The notes under the pieces: model-generated | Databases searched by the model: none | What the model was told of the DNA's origin: nothing | Seen by the model: the letters and a program-made list of their open reading frames with translations, nothing else | From: a virus | Taxonomy: Duplodnaviria > Caudoviricetes | Virus record (IMG/VR): IMGVR_UViG_3300032314_000223 | Location: 1 to 47,868 of that record | DNA: 47,868 nt | Strand: one strand, 5' to 3' | Shown here: positions 37,485 to 46,370 of the stretch, in pieces | Layout: each line of letters starts with the position of its first letter | Numbering within the stretch: position 1 is the stretch's first letter | Position numbers and translations under genes: made by a program

Positions 37485-37659
37485 TTAATGTTCCTTTTTC
37501 GTATTCATCTGCTAATAATTTTGACATTGTTTCAATTAAATGTCCAGCCATTTCAAATGAATTTTTTCTTGAATGACCTTGGTTGATAAATTCTTCAGCT
37601 ATTATAAAATATTGCTTATCACTTAATTTATTATATAGAACTTTTTCAAGAGAGCTCAT
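37447..37659 (-). CDS. hypothetical protein
   Basis: ATGA-coupled to the upstream gene. Confidence 0.55.
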   Translation of the reverse strand: MSSLEKVLYNKLSDKQYFIIAEEFINQGHSRKNSFEMAGHLIETMSKLLADEYEKGTLNEYPNKSTKRSR

Positions 37660-38147
37660 TCTAAATCCTTGATTAAACGATCTAGATAAAATCTTGCTTT
37701 CTTAAGATCCTCTACGCCATTTTTATGTTTATACCTACTACAGTATTTAATTACATTTCCCCACATAAATCCATGATACATTTCTTTTCCGCCCCATTCT
37801 CCAATAACTTCTATAGTTTCAAACTTACTGTGAGCGTAATGTTTAGGTTTATCTACTGGATCAAATTTTGGAGGATCGGTTTCATTATCAAAAAGTTCTA
37901 GGTATTCATCGTCACTAAGGTCTACATTATCAACCTCTTTAATAGGTTGTATAACCGGTTTAATAGGTCGACTTATGAAGTCTAAAACAATAAAAGGAAC
38001 AATCTTTCTAGTTGCCCAAAAGTCAACTAAGGCACATTCAGTTTGATTGTCTACTTCAATAACTCTTCCCTCTAATCCATAGATTAATTCAGGATGTACA
38101 GTAGGCAAATCGGTATTTAATTTTACAGTATCTCCAACTTCAAGCAT
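37656..38147 (-). CDS. DUF3310 (T7 gp1.7 nucleotide-kinase-like) protein with an N-terminal SH3-like domain
   Basis: DPV.KPKHY....ETIEVI...GF..GNVIKY..RY..KNG.EDLKKA.FYL. Confidence 0.85.
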   Translation of the reverse strand: MLEVGDTVKLNTDLPTVHPELIYGLEGRVIEVDNQTECALVDFWATRKIVPFIVLDFISRPIKPVIQPIKEVDNVDLSDDEYLELFDNETDPPKFDPVDKPKHYAHSKFETIEVIGEWGGKEMYHGFMWGNVIKYCSRYKHKNGVEDLKKARFYLDRLIKDLE

Positions 38148-38502
38148 TGTGGGATCCTCTTAAAAGTTTATGATATATTATATCAGATAGGCTACAAATT
38201 TCAACTCCATGCTCTCCCATAATTTCTGCACATAATTCTTCCATTTGATCACTACTAAGGTCTGCAGAATTAGTTAAGGATTCATATACATACACATGAA
38301 AAACTTCATGCCTAACGGTATTTGGAGTAAATTCACTTTTTCTAAAATAAACCTCGTGATCTTCAAATATAGTAATGGCACAAGAATCGCTTCCCCATTT
38401 ACGTTTATAAGAAGAATCCATAGCTAACGAAAAGGCCCATTTACGACCTTTAACGTCAAACTCAATTCTTTTTTTACTTGGTCTTTTAATAATTTTAACC
38501 AT
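38140..38502 (-). CDS. HExxH metallopeptidase-like protein
   Basis: TVRHEVFH ... EE.C zincin pattern. Confidence 0.6.
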   Translation of the reverse strand: MVKIIKRPSKKRIEFDVKGRKWAFSLAMDSSYKRKWGSDSCAITIFEDHEVYFRKSEFTPNTVRHEVFHVYVYESLTNSADLSSDQMEELCAEIMGEHGVEICSLSDIIYHKLLRGSHNA

Positions 38503-38504
38503 AA

Positions 38505-39251
38505 CTACTTCTTACTTATGCTGCCAGTTTTTTTATTACCACTAGGACCAACCCATCTACCGTTTTTATCTAGTAACATAGGAATTAAAAAAGGAACACC
38601 TTTATCAATAATTAAGGCTGCTAATATAGGACGCTTTACTGTAAGTTTATTGTATGCCATTGCTAAACTTGTATCATCAACTAAACAACCAACGTGGCAG
38701 TCAAACATAAGCCTTTCTGGAGTGCTTATCCAATGAATTTGACTTAATGAATGGTAATGTCCTTGAATACAGCTCATACCCAATTGACTGGCTAATTTAC
38801 CGGCACCACCAGACTTTCCATGACAAAAATAAACTGGGCCTAATTCTGTATCAATTATCAATTCTCCAATCCATTCCCAAGATTTAGGAGCATCTAAAAT
38901 TTCATTATAGCTTTTAAATACTTTTCTAGGCAATCCAGCATCTACTTGTTTTCTATAGATTAAAGAACCATGATTAGATTCTAATACTAACATTTTAGGA
39001 AATAATTTATATAGAGGCTTTAAATGATTGATTGCAAATTTAAGTTCATCGCCAGGACTAGGCAAATCTGGATGATGGGAGTGAAAAGAAACGGAATGAA
39101 AGTCAGCTTCATCGCCCAAGTTTACAATTAAATTTGGATCATATTTCTTTTTTAAGTATGTTAAAAAAGCTAATGAATCTTTATGTTCAAATGGACAGTG
39201 TAAATCGGGAATAACCAATATAGTCCCAGAATGCTTTATTCTTTTTTTCAT
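38505..39251 (-). CDS. calcineurin-like metallophosphoesterase
   Basis: DLH, GDEAD, SNH, HG, GHYH motifs. Confidence 0.9.
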   Translation of the reverse strand: MKKRIKHSGTILVIPDLHCPFEHKDSLAFLTYLKKKYDPNLIVNLGDEADFHSVSFHSHHPDLPSPGDELKFAINHLKPLYKLFPKMLVLESNHGSLIYRKQVDAGLPRKVFKSYNEILDAPKSWEWIGELIIDTELGPVYFCHGKSGGAGKLASQLGMSCIQGHYHSLSQIHWISTPERLMFDCHVGCLVDDTSLAMAYNKLTVKRPILAALIIDKGVPFLIPMLLDKNGRWVGPSGNKKTGSISKK

Positions 39252-39496
39252 AATTCTTTACTCCAAGATAGATACATTTCAAAGCCAATACCCAATATAC
39301 ATCCTATCAGTTTTACTCGTTCTTCGCAACTCGTATTACTAATAGTAAGCCTAATGATTGTCGGAAAACTAGCAACAGTATCGCTTGTATCTCCATATAA
39401 AACATCAGATCGTTTATCGAATTTAAACTCCGGTAATAAGAAGGTTACTGTAAAAATTCTAGAAAGCTTTACAGAATCGATTAAAATAAATCTCAT
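39248..39496 (-). CDS. hypothetical protein
   Basis: Fills the gap with 4-nt overlaps at both ends. Confidence 0.5.
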   Translation of the reverse strand: MRFILIDSVKLSRIFTVTFLLPEFKFDKRSDVLYGDTSDTVASFPTIIRLTISNTSCEERVKLIGCILGIGFEMYLSWSKEL

Positions 39497-39873
39497 CTAG
39501 TTGCCTGTATTGCAACGTATGACGCTGCTCCAGTAACTAGAACACCTAAAACAAACATTCCAGTACCTTTCCAAAAAGAACGACTTTCTTCTTTTTTAAG
39601 TTCAGCATTTAAAAAGTTTGCTCTGTCCTGATAATACCCAGCAATTTGTTCTTGCTTAAAAGAAATGTCTTTTAGATTAACAATCTCTTTTTCTTTTAGT
39701 TTAAGTATTTCATCGTTATTCTTTAATTCATTCATTGTATCAAATTTTACATAGAACCCATCACATTTTGCCGTAATTTGTTCGTTTTCTTTGACATATT
39801 GAACATTTTTATCACAAGCAGCATGGGCTGTAGATACTTGGAATAATATTCCAATTATAACTAATAATTTCAT
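39493..39873 (-). CDS. exported coiled-coil protein with C-terminal transmembrane helix (spanin-like topology)
   Basis: MKLLVIIGILFQVSTAHA/AC leader; FWKGTGMFVLGVLVTGAASYVAI. Confidence 0.65.
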   Translation of the reverse strand: MKLLVIIGILFQVSTAHAACDKNVQYVKENEQITAKCDGFYVKFDTMNELKNNDEILKLKEKEIVNLKDISFKQEQIAGYYQDRANFLNAELKKEESRSFWKGTGMFVLGVLVTGAASYVAIQATR

Positions 39874-39882
39874 AAGTATTCC

Positions 39883-40071
39883 TTATTTGTTAAAGTAATC
39901 TTCAATTTCAGATCCGCTGTTCTTTTGAGCTTTCTTTTCCTCTACCTGTTTTTGGATTTCTACGTTTGCTTTTTTGATCTCTGCTACTTGACCTTTTAGA
40001 TAGTCCGGATTCACTACTTCTTTTTTCTTTCCGAATAGAAGACTTATTAACCAATTTATTACTTTTAGCAT
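39883..40071 (-). CDS. small N-anchored coiled-coil protein
   Basis: SD AAGGAG; MLKVINWLISLLFG then a charged helix. Confidence 0.65.
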   Translation of the reverse strand: MLKVINWLISLLFGKKKEVVNPDYLKGQVAEIKKANVEIQKQVEEKKAQKNSGSEIEDYFNK

Positions 40072-40267
40072 TGTCGCTCCTTATTATTTTAACGGACTCA
40101 GGTATCACTATCCGAGCCATTGCTAGTATTTGTTCTAATGAATATTTTAAATTAAATAATCTATTAAATATAATTTGAATACCTAGATCATTCTTCTCTT
40201 TTAAGTTTATCTCCAAAAACTTCAGTAACGATTGGACATTTTCTGGTACTGTTATTTGCTGCGTCAT
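39908..40267 (-). CDS. hypothetical protein (C-terminus overprints 39883..40071)
   Basis: N-terminal ~65 aa fill an otherwise empty gap; S/K/R-rich tail is out-of-frame overlap. Confidence 0.5.
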   Translation of the reverse strand: MTQQITVPENVQSLLKFLEINLKEKNDLGIQIIFNRLFNLKYSLEQILAMARIVIPESVKIIRSDNAKSNKLVNKSSIRKEKRSSESGLSKRSSSRDQKSKRRNPKTGRGKESSKEQRI

Positions 40268-40382
40268 ACCCTGCCTTATAAGTCATTTTCAATAAATCAT
40301 AATGATTCATCGGTTGCATAGTACTATTAAACCATGTTACAAATTGTTGGTCAACATCTACAATTGCTTTATCTTTTTCCAT
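40188..40382 (-). CDS. hypothetical protein
   Basis: SD GGAG upstream; F..WF...YKAGYDAA pattern common in small phage proteins. Confidence 0.55.
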   Translation of the reverse strand: MEKDKAIVDVDQQFVTWFNSTMQPMNHYDLLKMTYKAGYDAANNSTRKCPIVTEVFGDKLKREE

Positions 40383-40480
40383 AAAGAAATAACTCCATAT
40401 ACCACTAACATAATTGACACTATAAACAATGATCCAAATAATGCAATTCCCGTCATATTTGCTACTTTATTAAAATCCAT
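40358..40480 (-). CDS. 40-aa single-pass membrane protein (not in the ORF track)
   Basis: Hand-translated MDFNKVANMTGIALFGSLFIVSIMLVVYGVISLWKKIKQL*; starts 3 nt after the upstream stop. Confidence 0.65.
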   Translation of the reverse strand: MDFNKVANMTGIALFGSLFIVSIMLVVYGVISLWKKIKQL

Positions 40481-40483
40481 AGT

Positions 40484-40810
40484 CTAAACTTCCTCTAACT
40501 TATCAATTCCTCGATCTAACTTATACATACGATCTAACGCTACATATAACTCAAGAGCTTGAGCATAGTCTAGAAATATAGGTTTATTACTGACTACTAT
40601 GTTGTAACCGCCATCATAAGGCATTTCAATAATCTCAGCAAATCTTTTACTATCCTCAACATTAGACACTAATACCTTTTGAGAAACTAAATCGTCCTCT
40701 GTAGTTGAGAGATACAATTCACTAACCGATGATTTCTGAAAATCTACTCGTATTAATGTTTTTTGTAGACTACTGTTTTTTGCACTATTTATATCTATAA
40801 TTTTTGACAT
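40484..40810 (-). CDS. hypothetical protein
   Basis: SD AGGAG; MSKIIDI start. Confidence 0.7.
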   Translation of the reverse strand: MSKIIDINSAKNSSLQKTLIRVDFQKSSVSELYLSTTEDDLVSQKVLVSNVEDSKRFAEIIEMPYDGGYNIVVSNKPIFLDYAQALELYVALDRMYKLDRGIDKLEEV

Positions 40811-40818
40811 ATGTTCTC

Positions 40819-41574
40819 CTATATACTTTTTTTATACTTATCCAATAAAGGTTGGAACTTAGAAAGATGATACTTTGTTATTTTATCCATGTCAATAACT
40901 GATTTTAAAATACTGATAGTATCATAAACTCTTTTAACATAATGTAGATAATTGTAATTTCCGTCGAATTCTTCTGATAATTTAAGAACTTTATTAGGTA
41001 TCATTTTAGGCCTACCATCTTTATAGAACACCAATTCACCTTTAGCACTATCTTGAACTTCACCATCAATTGCATTATATAGATATACTTTGTCGCCTTC
41101 TTGTAAATCATCGATATCTAAAGCATCTAGTACCTTGGTTTCATTCTTTCGAGTACCGTTCAATAACTTCTTTGTTATTGATTTTTTAACACACCACCTA
41201 GATATTTCGTTTATATCCATAGCCTCCGATACATATCGTTCGTATATATCCGTATAATCTTCCCCATTATGGATTAATGAGTTAACTACGACATTTAAAA
41301 GCTCTGCTAAAGCTGGTTCTTTTGTCGATGATTTAAATGCCGACCCTTTGGTCTTAATCTTTTTACCATCCCATAATACATAGTTTTTAGCTTTTAAAAC
41401 TACAACACATTTAAAATACCCATCGTGTTCGAATTTAATATTTTCAGGGAATAAAGAATTTAATTCATCTAATAATTTTTGTTGTTCATCTGTTGAAAAC
41501 TCTGACCCATCTGGTTTACTAACCATAATCGAATCCGTATCAGCATTATTTAATATAAAATTATAACTATTCAT
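40819..41574 (-). CDS. family B DNA polymerase, C-terminal part (motif C, thumb)
   Basis: NADTDSI, KAKNYV, KTKGSAF; SD GAGG before ATG. Confidence 0.88.
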   Translation of the reverse strand: MNSYNFILNNADTDSIMVSKPDGSEFSTDEQQKLLDELNSLFPENIKFEHDGYFKCVVVLKAKNYVLWDGKKIKTKGSAFKSSTKEPALAELLNVVVNSLIHNGEDYTDIYERYVSEAMDINEISRWCVKKSITKKLLNGTRKNETKVLDALDIDDLQEGDKVYLYNAIDGEVQDSAKGELVFYKDGRPKMIPNKVLKLSEEFDGNYNYLHYVKRVYDTISILKSVIDMDKITKYHLSKFQPLLDKYKKSI

Positions 41575-43246
41575 TAGTTTCCTCTGGAATGTCTTTTTCT
41601 TTCCAATAGCTGTATGGTTTGCTAGTTGCCCATTGTATTGATTTTTCTAGTATCTCTCTTCCTTTTCTAGTAACTTCTGCTGCCCCTTTAGGGTAATTAA
41701 AACTTAACCCATTAGTTCCCATAAATCCGTACATACTATTTGCAATTATTTTTTGACTACCTTCCAATGCTTGATAATATGAACTTCCCGTTTCTTTTGC
41801 AATTTTCTTATTTTTTAACCGTTCAGTTCTAACATATTCTAAAATCTTTAATAGGTTATTCTTAGGATCTTTAATCTTATCGTAAATTTTATACTCCAAC
41901 ATTATAGATGGGTATAAGCTAGCCACATCTAATTTCAAGCAGTTACGATAGATTCCTGGATTTCCATAACTTATCGCTCCTTCAAATCTATCTACTTCAC
42001 AAGCCTTAGGAATAGCTCCACCTTCTTGTAAATATGAACGAATCATCATTGTATTTAACCAGCTACCACTAGCTCCTTCAATAAGCATTTGAAAAGGCTT
42101 TGGAACCATTTGACACATGATAAAATATGAAGGAATCATTAGCTCAAATAACTTCATTGAATCTTGAGCGTCATCTATAGCATACTGACAAATCTTTTCT
42201 CGTTCAATAGGATCGTGCCAATTTTTACCAATTAAAGATGCATCGTAAAACTGTCTATCTACTTTATTTAAACCTTCAGCTTTAGCTATAGCCTTTAATC
42301 CCCAGCTCTCATATTTACGCCCTATGTCGTATTTAACGGCTAGAAACATTCCATCTATAACTTGTCTACCAAATATGCTAACCTTCTTATATGCCCAAGT
42401 TTGAGAGCCGTCTACCCTATACTGAGACTCTCTTGGAGAAAATGATATATCGCTTATATCTTTTCCTAATTTAAGGGTTGTCCCATATAACTTGGCAACA
42501 TGAGTCATATACGGTAAATCGTATGATATAATATTATGACCATTTACTATATCCGGATTAATAACTTGAACCCACTGACACCATGCATCTAGCATTTTAC
42601 CAGCATCTGCAAATTGGTCTAATCTAAAATGTTTTTCTATTATTTCGTTATTCTTTTTAAAGACACTAGTTATAATAAAAATATTTGATTCATCGTCTTG
42701 AGCCAATCCATTACTTTCAATGTCAAAGGATAGTACTCCCAAATCTGATATGGACATGCCTTTATAGAAAGTATAACCATTTAGAATCATTGTAGATTCT
42801 TTATCATTATATACCGTAAAGGTATCCCATTTTCTATTCTCTGCTTTTTTTAAGAACCCATAGTAAGAATTTTTAGTGGGGAATTCTTTCATATAACAAT
42901 AATGCTGCATTCCTTCTAAACGAAAAAATCCATGCTCTAAGGGCTTAGTAGCAAGAACCCAGAAGTAATGTTGCTTTTTAGTTATCTTCCCATCAGAAGT
43001 AAATATCCAAGTCTCTCCATCAACAACCTCTATTGCCGTAATTCCTGGAGTAGTATCTTTTCCATAGATTAATGAATTGTGGGATAGGGTTTTAAGCTCT
43101 TGAATAAAAAACTGATACTTAGGATCAAACTCTATTTCATAGTCATTAGTTATTACTAGATCATTTTTAATAGAGTATTGAGTACTTTGTAAATACTCTT
43201 TTACTGAATTAAAGTTATCATCATCTAATATGTAAAATTTGTCCAT
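41567..43246 (-). CDS. family B DNA polymerase, N-terminal part (3'-5' exonuclease, motifs A and B)
   Basis: FDIE, GHNIISYD, YAIDD, DVASLYPSIM, KIIANSMYG; SD GGAG supports ATG 43246. Confidence 0.92.
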   Translation of the reverse strand: MDKFYILDDDNFNSVKEYLQSTQYSIKNDLVITNDYEIEFDPKYQFFIQELKTLSHNSLIYGKDTTPGITAIEVVDGETWIFTSDGKITKKQHYFWVLATKPLEHGFFRLEGMQHYCYMKEFPTKNSYYGFLKKAENRKWDTFTVYNDKESTMILNGYTFYKGMSISDLGVLSFDIESNGLAQDDESNIFIITSVFKKNNEIIEKHFRLDQFADAGKMLDAWCQWVQVINPDIVNGHNIISYDLPYMTHVAKLYGTTLKLGKDISDISFSPRESQYRVDGSQTWAYKKVSIFGRQVIDGMFLAVKYDIGRKYESWGLKAIAKAEGLNKVDRQFYDASLIGKNWHDPIEREKICQYAIDDAQDSMKLFELMIPSYFIMCQMVPKPFQMLIEGASGSWLNTMMIRSYLQEGGAIPKACEVDRFEGAISYGNPGIYRNCLKLDVASLYPSIMLEYKIYDKIKDPKNNLLKILEYVRTERLKNKKIAKETGSSYYQALEGSQKIIANSMYGFMGTNGLSFNYPKGAAEVTRKGREILEKSIQWATSKPYSYWKEKDIPEETNE

Positions 43247-43508
43247 TATCACTCCAACATAATTCAGTGTATGCTAAAATATAGAAACCTTCAAGAGATT
43301 TCCTTTGAATACTAGTTAAACTTTTATGTTTTTCGTAGTAATTCATTATTTTATCAAGATCTGAACTTGGGAATTGCATTAATATAGAATAACATTCATC
43401 AACTAGTGCCTCATCATCTAGATTGGTCACTTCTTCTTTGACTAATTGTATTTCTTGATGAAAATATGTATATGCTTCTTGGCCTTCAATCATTTTTAAT
43501 GTTGACAT
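43221..43508 (-). CDS. hypothetical protein
   Basis: SD AGAGG; 95 aa helical. Confidence 0.65.
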   Translation of the reverse strand: MSTLKMIEGQEAYTYFHQEIQLVKEEVTNLDDEALVDECYSILMQFPSSDLDKIMNYYEKHKSLTSIQRKSLEGFYILAYTELCWSDNGQILHIR

Positions 43509-43520
43509 TAGAAATCCTCT

Positions 43521-44048
43521 TTATGAATTTTTCCAAGTTTTACCTCTAGATATATGATATACTATAGCAGGAGTTATTCCAAGTTTTTTAGCTATTTCAG
43601 ATTTTGGTAGATTTGTTTTTAATAATTCTTTTATTTCCCTAGCAATAGAACTATCTATAATTCTCATAGGGTGTTTATCTTCTTTAAGACTAGTATCTCT
43701 ATTTAATCCTAATTTATAGGCATGTTTTCCGTTTAAAGATTTATTAGACCACTCTAAATTTTCAACACAGTTATTAGTTTTAATTCCATCTATATGATTT
43801 ATATCAGGTTTATCGTCTGTTGATTTTTCTAAAAAAGTTTCAGCAACTAGTCTATGAATTCTCTTTGCTACTCCGTAGGTCTCAGGAGAACTTATGTTAC
43901 ACCAAAGATATCCTCCTCGATTGAGGGTTTGTTTTATAAATCTATTAGTAGACAAACTGTAAACTCTTCCTTTATTTGATACTAGATATTTAGTATTTTT
44001 AGGATAGGGAAGAAATATTTCGGATTCTAAATAGGTTATATTTTTCAT
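43521..44048 (-). CDS. NUMOD4-HNH homing endonuclease with C-terminal HTH
   Basis: YLVSNKGRV, IHRLVAETF, INHIDG.K.NN.V.NLEW; TAATG coupling to the primase-helicase. Confidence 0.92.
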   Translation of the reverse strand: MKNITYLESEIFLPYPKNTKYLVSNKGRVYSLSTNRFIKQTLNRGGYLWCNISSPETYGVAKRIHRLVAETFLEKSTDDKPDINHIDGIKTNNCVENLEWSNKSLNGKHAYKLGLNRDTSLKEDKHPMRIIDSSIAREIKELLKTNLPKSEIAKKLGITPAIVYHISRGKTWKNS

Positions 44049-46030
44049 TACCAATCTTCTTTTATTGCTTTTTGTTGTGATTTTAATTTTTTCAATTCTT
44101 TTAGCTCTACTTTTTCCATATCATCAAGCTCAAATACCTCTCCCTTTAATCCGTCCCATCCACATTCCACTTGTCCTAATTGTCCCATTGTATTTTTAAG
44201 AACAGCATATGTTATAAACTTATCATTTTCATAGCTTTGAGGATTATATCCTTCTCGCCACAAAGACAATACAATACGACAATCTTGTTCTATAACACTC
44301 GCACCTTTAATATTTCTATATGAAAGTATTGGATCGCTAGGGACCCCTACCATCTTTTGAGGTTGTAAAAGCAATATAACACACAATCTTAAATCATTTG
44401 CTAATTCCTGAAGCTTAGCGGCTACATATCCTGAATTTGCAGTAGCATCTGAATATGGACCAAGAACTTTTTCTAAATAATCTACAGCAACTAATCTAAC
44501 TTTTTTTCCAGTAGTTTGCTCATGATCTATTATATATTTTTTTAGATCTTCAACTGTTGCTCCAGTTTTAAAACATAGTTGAACATTTTGATAATTGTGT
44601 TCTATGGTTTTTTGAATAAATTGTTTTTTTTCTTCATTTTTTTGCTGATATATTTTAAATAAATAATCGGAATCAAATCCTGTAAGCTGCTGTACCATTT
44701 TTTGAAATATTAAAGGTCTTCCCATATCTAAAGAGAAAAATACAGAAGACTCTCCTGACAATGACATATTTCTTAGTATATTTAATATTGTTGCACTTTT
44801 ACCACCGGCAGGAGCTCCAAGAAGTCCTACCATCATTGATGTTGTAATTCTAACAATTCCGTCTAGTCCAGGTATTCCGGTCTTAATTGTATTTTTGTCG
44901 ATATTTTCGGCATAGTCTGTAAAGACTCCGCTAATATCACTCACACTCTCCAGCCCCTTATCCTCTACTACATTACCTCTAGGTATTCCTAAATCAAGTA
45001 AGTGTTGTTTGATATCATCTGGAAAATGTTCTTCAGACCAAGAACCGCCTTGCCAGTTTTGACCGAATACAACTTCAATTATGTTTTTCCATATTTCATC
45101 TTTACTGAATTTCTCAGAACCATATCTATCACTCTGTTCGTCAGCAGCTGCCTTTAGAAAGTAATATGTCTGAATCTTAGATAAGTTCTGAGCTCTACAT
45201 GTTGCAGCAAGAATAGTTAAAGCAAAACTTCTAGTACCTTCTTTAAACAATCCTCTAGATAATGCAAATTTCCAGTTAGATAACCACTCAGGTTTATTTT
45301 TTAAATCCAAATCGCTAACTTGCATCTCAACTTTTTTCTTTACTTCTTTTTTAGCAATCTTAAGCATTTTTATAGACATAGGAATAATACTTTTATGTGT
45401 TAAATACTCTACATCTATTTTTGAAGAAGTTTTAGATAATTCTTTAATTCCCTCTATGCTAAGATTCTGTAATTCTTCTTTGTATAATGGAGTCTTATAA
45501 AGACCTGAAGTAATATGTTTAGTAAATGGAACCCTAAAAATTCTACTAGGGTTTACAACTTTCGGATCGAATGTTTTTAAATCAGAAGCTAAAGCTGTTA
45601 CTATATTTTTAAACTCAGAGGGATTAAATGTATCAGTACTATTTACTTCTACAGCAAATCCTTTATTTCCACTAAAGCAAATATTGATGTTGTCAGAAAC
45701 AATTCCTTTAGCTTCCAATCTATTAACTAATTCTAAGCAATCTTTTCTAGCATCTTCTAATGAAGAAGAATCAAAGTCCCAGACAAGTTTATTGGTAGTA
45801 ACATCGGTTATTCCAGAAACTCCTCTGGGTCTTTTGATCTTTTTTCCATCTCTTTCAATTTCAATTATTTCATCGGCTTGTTTTTTATGGGATTCAGTAT
45901 AATGGTATATAGACGTATAATGGTCTTTATTTAAATCTTTAATATAGGAAGTATAGTCATTTATAGGGACTAATTTACCGATATCATTTAAACCTTCACA
46001 TACTCTAATAAACATTGGCTTTTCTCCCAT
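44048..46030 (-). CDS. AEP primase fused to a DnaB-like SF4 helicase
   Basis: WDFD, FSGNKGF, RIFRVP; GAPAGGKS, SLDM, VDYLE, GASVIEQD. Confidence 0.88.
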   Translation of the reverse strand: MGEKPMFIRVCEGLNDIGKLVPINDYTSYIKDLNKDHYTSIYHYTESHKKQADEIIEIERDGKKIKRPRGVSGITDVTTNKLVWDFDSSSLEDARKDCLELVNRLEAKGIVSDNINICFSGNKGFAVEVNSTDTFNPSEFKNIVTALASDLKTFDPKVVNPSRIFRVPFTKHITSGLYKTPLYKEELQNLSIEGIKELSKTSSKIDVEYLTHKSIIPMSIKMLKIAKKEVKKKVEMQVSDLDLKNKPEWLSNWKFALSRGLFKEGTRSFALTILAATCRAQNLSKIQTYYFLKAAADEQSDRYGSEKFSKDEIWKNIIEVVFGQNWQGGSWSEEHFPDDIKQHLLDLGIPRGNVVEDKGLESVSDISGVFTDYAENIDKNTIKTGIPGLDGIVRITTSMMVGLLGAPAGGKSATILNILRNMSLSGESSVFFSLDMGRPLIFQKMVQQLTGFDSDYLFKIYQQKNEEKKQFIQKTIEHNYQNVQLCFKTGATVEDLKKYIIDHEQTTGKKVRLVAVDYLEKVLGPYSDATANSGYVAAKLQELANDLRLCVILLLQPQKMVGVPSDPILSYRNIKGASVIEQDCRIVLSLWREGYNPQSYENDKFITYAVLKNTMGQLGQVECGWDGLKGEVFELDDMEKVELKELKKLKSQQKAIKEDW

Positions 46031-46041
46031 TTTAACCTCGT

Positions 46042-46075
46042 AAAAAGATATACCCCAAGTTTATACCATGGGGTA
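46042..46075 (-). terminator. hairpin/terminator-like element upstream of the primase-helicase
   Basis: On the - strand TACCCCA-TGGTATAAACT-TGGGGTA then TATCTTTTT. Confidence 0.5.
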
Positions 46076-46088
46076 CTATATTAAAACA

Positions 46089-46370
46089 CTATTCTAAAGC
46101 AACTACAACATCTTTTTTAATAAACTCAGGAATTTTTGCAACTTTATCTTCATACTCTTGTTCAGTAATAGAACCTTTTTGTAGCATTCTAGCAAATTTA
46201 TCAGCAGGACTGTTTAATGAAATATACTTTCCAGTAAACTTAGTACCATTGATTACTAGCTCAACTTTACTATCGATAGCGATATAAGATCCGCCATCTT
46301 TTCCTGACATAATAACGCCAAGATTTACGTATTTACGATTCTTGTTGAAGGGTTTCTTTTCCATTTGCAT
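46089..46370 (-). CDS. hypothetical protein (possible ssDNA-binding)
   Basis: SD AAGGA before MQMEKK; beta-rich; sits between ERF and primase. Confidence 0.55.
   Translation of the reverse strand: MQMEKKPFNKNRKYVNLGVIMSGKDGGSYIAIDSKVELVINGTKFTGKYISLNSPADKFARMLQKGSITEQEYEDKVAKIPEFIKKDVVVALE

Noticed and set aside
36255-45902. Short + strand ORFs in the replication block (36255, 38518, 39231, 40302, 45684) and the nested ORF 25800..26006
   Set aside because: Overlap well-supported genes and lack initiation signals
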